Source: an uncultured Candidatus Saccharibacteria bacterium | Lineage (GTDB): Bacteria; Patescibacteriota; Saccharimonadia; CAILAD01; GCA-016700035 | Assembly: GCA_964454845.1 (NCBI GenBank) | Contig: CAYVVS010000002.1 | Location: 1,465 to 65,464 of the forward strand | Length of the DNA stretch: 64,000 nt | Direction: 5' to 3' | Part shown: positions 62,428 to 64,000 of the stretch, one piece after another | How the letters are laid out: each line of letters opens with the position of its first letter | Position numbering within the stretch: position 1 is the first letter of the stretch | Translations under genes and position numbers: made by a program | Notes under the pieces: generated by a model | Seen by the model: the letters and a program-made list of their open reading frames with translations, nothing else | Database searches by the model: none | What the model was told of the DNA's origin: nothing

Positions 62428-62982
62428 TTAAGAAGAAGTGTCGCCATTACAGGTATTCGGCGACCACAAACCTTTTTGCTGCTCCCTAGCTGCCTGTTCG
62501 GCAGCCCGAAAATCTGCCTGATACGTATAGGGGTTACCCTGATAGGTATATTCGTGGGCATATCCTTCAGCAACAAGCTGCTGATTCACAAACAAGCCAT
62601 CCTCACGACGGACATACGCCAAAACTCGATCATACCTATCCCGCTCACCTTGGGTGGTATCGATCTCCAAGCGTACTCGTTTACCCTCGAGCAGCTGATG
62701 CGTGTAGCTGCTAGCCTCTTTACCAAAGCATTGCACCGGCTTGCGCGGATCTTTAGTTTCGGGTGTATCTATGCCAATAAACCGCACTTTTTCAACAATC
62801 CCATTTCGATCAACGCTAATTGTGTCACCATCAAAAACCTCTATAACTCGAAGACTATCTCCTGTAGACAATGAGGAACCGGGATCTTTTTCGGGAAAAG
62901 CCCGCACAATTACCGCAGCTAACAGTAAGGTAATACCAACATAGCCAAGCTTCATGAGTTTACGACGCGAAACTTTTCTCAC
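62428..62982 (-). CDS. Membrane-anchored/secreted thermonuclease (staphylococcal nuclease fold)
   Basis: VFDGDTISV, FIGIDTPET, RDRYDRVLAYV. N-terminal hydrophobic anchor. Confidence 0.85.
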   Translation of the reverse strand: MRKVSRRKLMKLGYVGITLLLAAVIVRAFPEKDPGSSLSTGDSLRVIEVFDGDTISVDRNGIVEKVRFIGIDTPETKDPRKPVQCFGKEASSYTHQLLEGKRVRLEIDTTQGERDRYDRVLAYVRREDGLFVNQQLVAEGYAHEYTYQGNPYTYQADFRAAEQAAREQQKGLWSPNTCNGDTSS

Positions 62983-64000
62983 ACTGACTCGTCTTTCAGG
63001 CGGCGTTTGGTCTCGCGGTGACGTGCAACCGAAAGGATGATGCCCAGGATCAAGAAATTCATCAGCATGCTCGTACCTCCAGCAGAAATAAGCGGCAATG
63101 GGATGCCGGTGACCGGCATAATACCCATATTCATGCCTATATTAATTAATACATGAAACAACAGCATGCTGGCTGTGCCAATACAGATAAAGCTACCAAA
63201 CCGATCAATTGATTCGGTACTTAATATGTAAATGCGCACAATAAGAATGACAAACAGCATAATTGCCAAAGCAGCCCCCAAGAACCCGAGCTTCTCCGCT
63301 AATACCGCAAAGATAAAGTCAGTGTGCTGAGATGGCAAAAAGTTCAATTGACTTTGGCTCCCCGATGACAGTCCACGGCCAGTCCAACCACCACTTCCAA
63401 CGGCAATTATGGCTTGGGTAACATTGTAGCCCGTACCCAGTCGATCGGCCTGAGGGTTAAGCAATACATTAATACGATTCTGTTGGTATGGTGCCAGCAC
63501 ACTGTAAAAAATTGGCAACATCACCACGCCAGCTGCCGCACCAGCCGCCAAATAACGCTTTTTTACCCGTGAAGCTAGCGTCATACTGAGCCAGATTACG
63601 AACAAGACTAATCCCGTTCCAAGGTCGGGCTGAATTACCACCAACATCATCGGCACAATCATGATTGCTAGTGAATAAAACAAGTAACGCAGCTGATGAC
63701 TACGCGTGTAAACCTTTGAGTAAAACGCCGCCAACACGAGAATCAGAGCTAGTTTTGCAAACTCCGAAGGCTGGAACTGAAAGAAGCCAATACTAATCCA
63801 TCGTTGAGCCCCCAGGGCAGAAAACCCAATAAAATCCACAGCAGCCAAACTGAGTACCATTAGAACATACAAAACAGCTGCATAACTCTTAAATAAGCGG
63901 TAATCGATACGGGCCACAATAATACAGGCAATCACCCCTACGCCCGCATACAAAAACTGTCGAGATGCGTCAATTTCACTACGTACTTCGCCAGCCTTAA
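62979..64000 (-). CDS. rodA: SEDS-family peptidoglycan polymerase RodA/FtsW; N-terminus lies beyond the window end
   Basis: The frame stays open upstream of the track start (…KAGEVRSEIDASRQFLYAGVG…) to base 64000. Polytopic, with HTDFIFAVLAEKLGF and GIPLPLISAGGTSM SEDS motifs. Confidence 0.85.
   Translation of the reverse strand, partial: KAGEVRSEIDASRQFLYAGVGVIACIIVARIDYRLFKSYAAVLYVLMVLSLAAVDFIGFSALGAQRWISIGFFQFQPSEFAKLALILVLAAFYSKVYTRSHQLRYLFYSLAIMIVPMMLVVIQPDLGTGLVLFVIWLSMTLASRVKKRYLAAGAAAGVVMLPIFYSVLAPYQQNRINVLLNPQADRLGTGYNVTQAIIAVGSGGWTGRGLSSGSQSQLNFLPSQHTDFIFAVLAEKLGFLGAALAIMLFVILIVRIYILSTESIDRFGSFICIGTASMLLFHVLINIGMNMGIMPVTGIPLPLISAGGTSMLMNFLILGIILSVARHRETKRRLKDESV

Noticed and set aside
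1-64000. CRISPR arrays, rRNA genes, tmRNA/RNase P/SRP RNA, and tandem repeats longer than ~20 nt
   Set aside because: None recognised. Intergenic spacers are short and are accounted for by promoters, leaders and terminators. A covariance-model scan is still needed to exclude small ncRNAs.

Overview
Gene-dense 64-kb chromosomal window: 65 protein-coding calls, 1 tRNA, and no rRNA, CRISPR array, transposase or integrase. About four fifths of the genes are on the minus strand.

The gene content is that of a reduced-genome monoderm:
- Cell shape and division: two mreB paralogs, mreC, mreD, PBP2, rodA, ftsE, ftsX, two tandem PcsB-like CHAP hydrolases, murA.
- Envelope: sortase, LPXTG surface protein, LCP ligase, Rpf-like transglycosylase, signal peptidase I, HtrA, RseP, CPBP protease, S41 protease.
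- Translation: rpmA, rplU, rpmE, rpsB, tsf, frr, hpf, prfA, prfB, prmC, serS, class I LysRS, tRNA-Leu.
- Other: secA, greA, pyrG, xseAB, parAB, trxB, a secreted nuclease and a lipase-like hydrolase.

This combination looks most like Saccharibacteria (TM7) / Patescibacteria. That is an inference from gene content, not a database result. RF1 and RF2 are both present and TGA is used as a stop, so the standard bacterial code applies.

Main observation: two sharply bounded high-G+C blocks at about 21.44-25.39 kb and 50.89-52.41 kb. Hand-counted 60-nt lines are about two thirds G+C there, against roughly 40-50% in the backbone. Each block is built from self-contained cassettes: an AT-rich sigma70-type promoter, a strong SD, a high-GC3 ORF and a G/C-clamped hairpin terminator. 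The ORFs encode membrane-anchored, secreted or disordered proteins with no motif I can recognise. There are no integrase, transposase or flanking repeats. I interpret them as horizontally acquired, moron-like cassettes, possibly from high-G+C Actinomycetota or their phages (the known host phylum of cultivated Saccharibacteria). Function is unknown.

Second candidate: a three-gene cluster at 45.8-48.5 kb. It holds a pentapeptide-repeat protein plus two proteins that share an N-terminal module but have different C-terminal modules, one of them HExxH. This layout resembles polymorphic effector/immunity loci.

All coordinates of small sites were derived by hand from the printed sequence. Family names come from motif recognition only.
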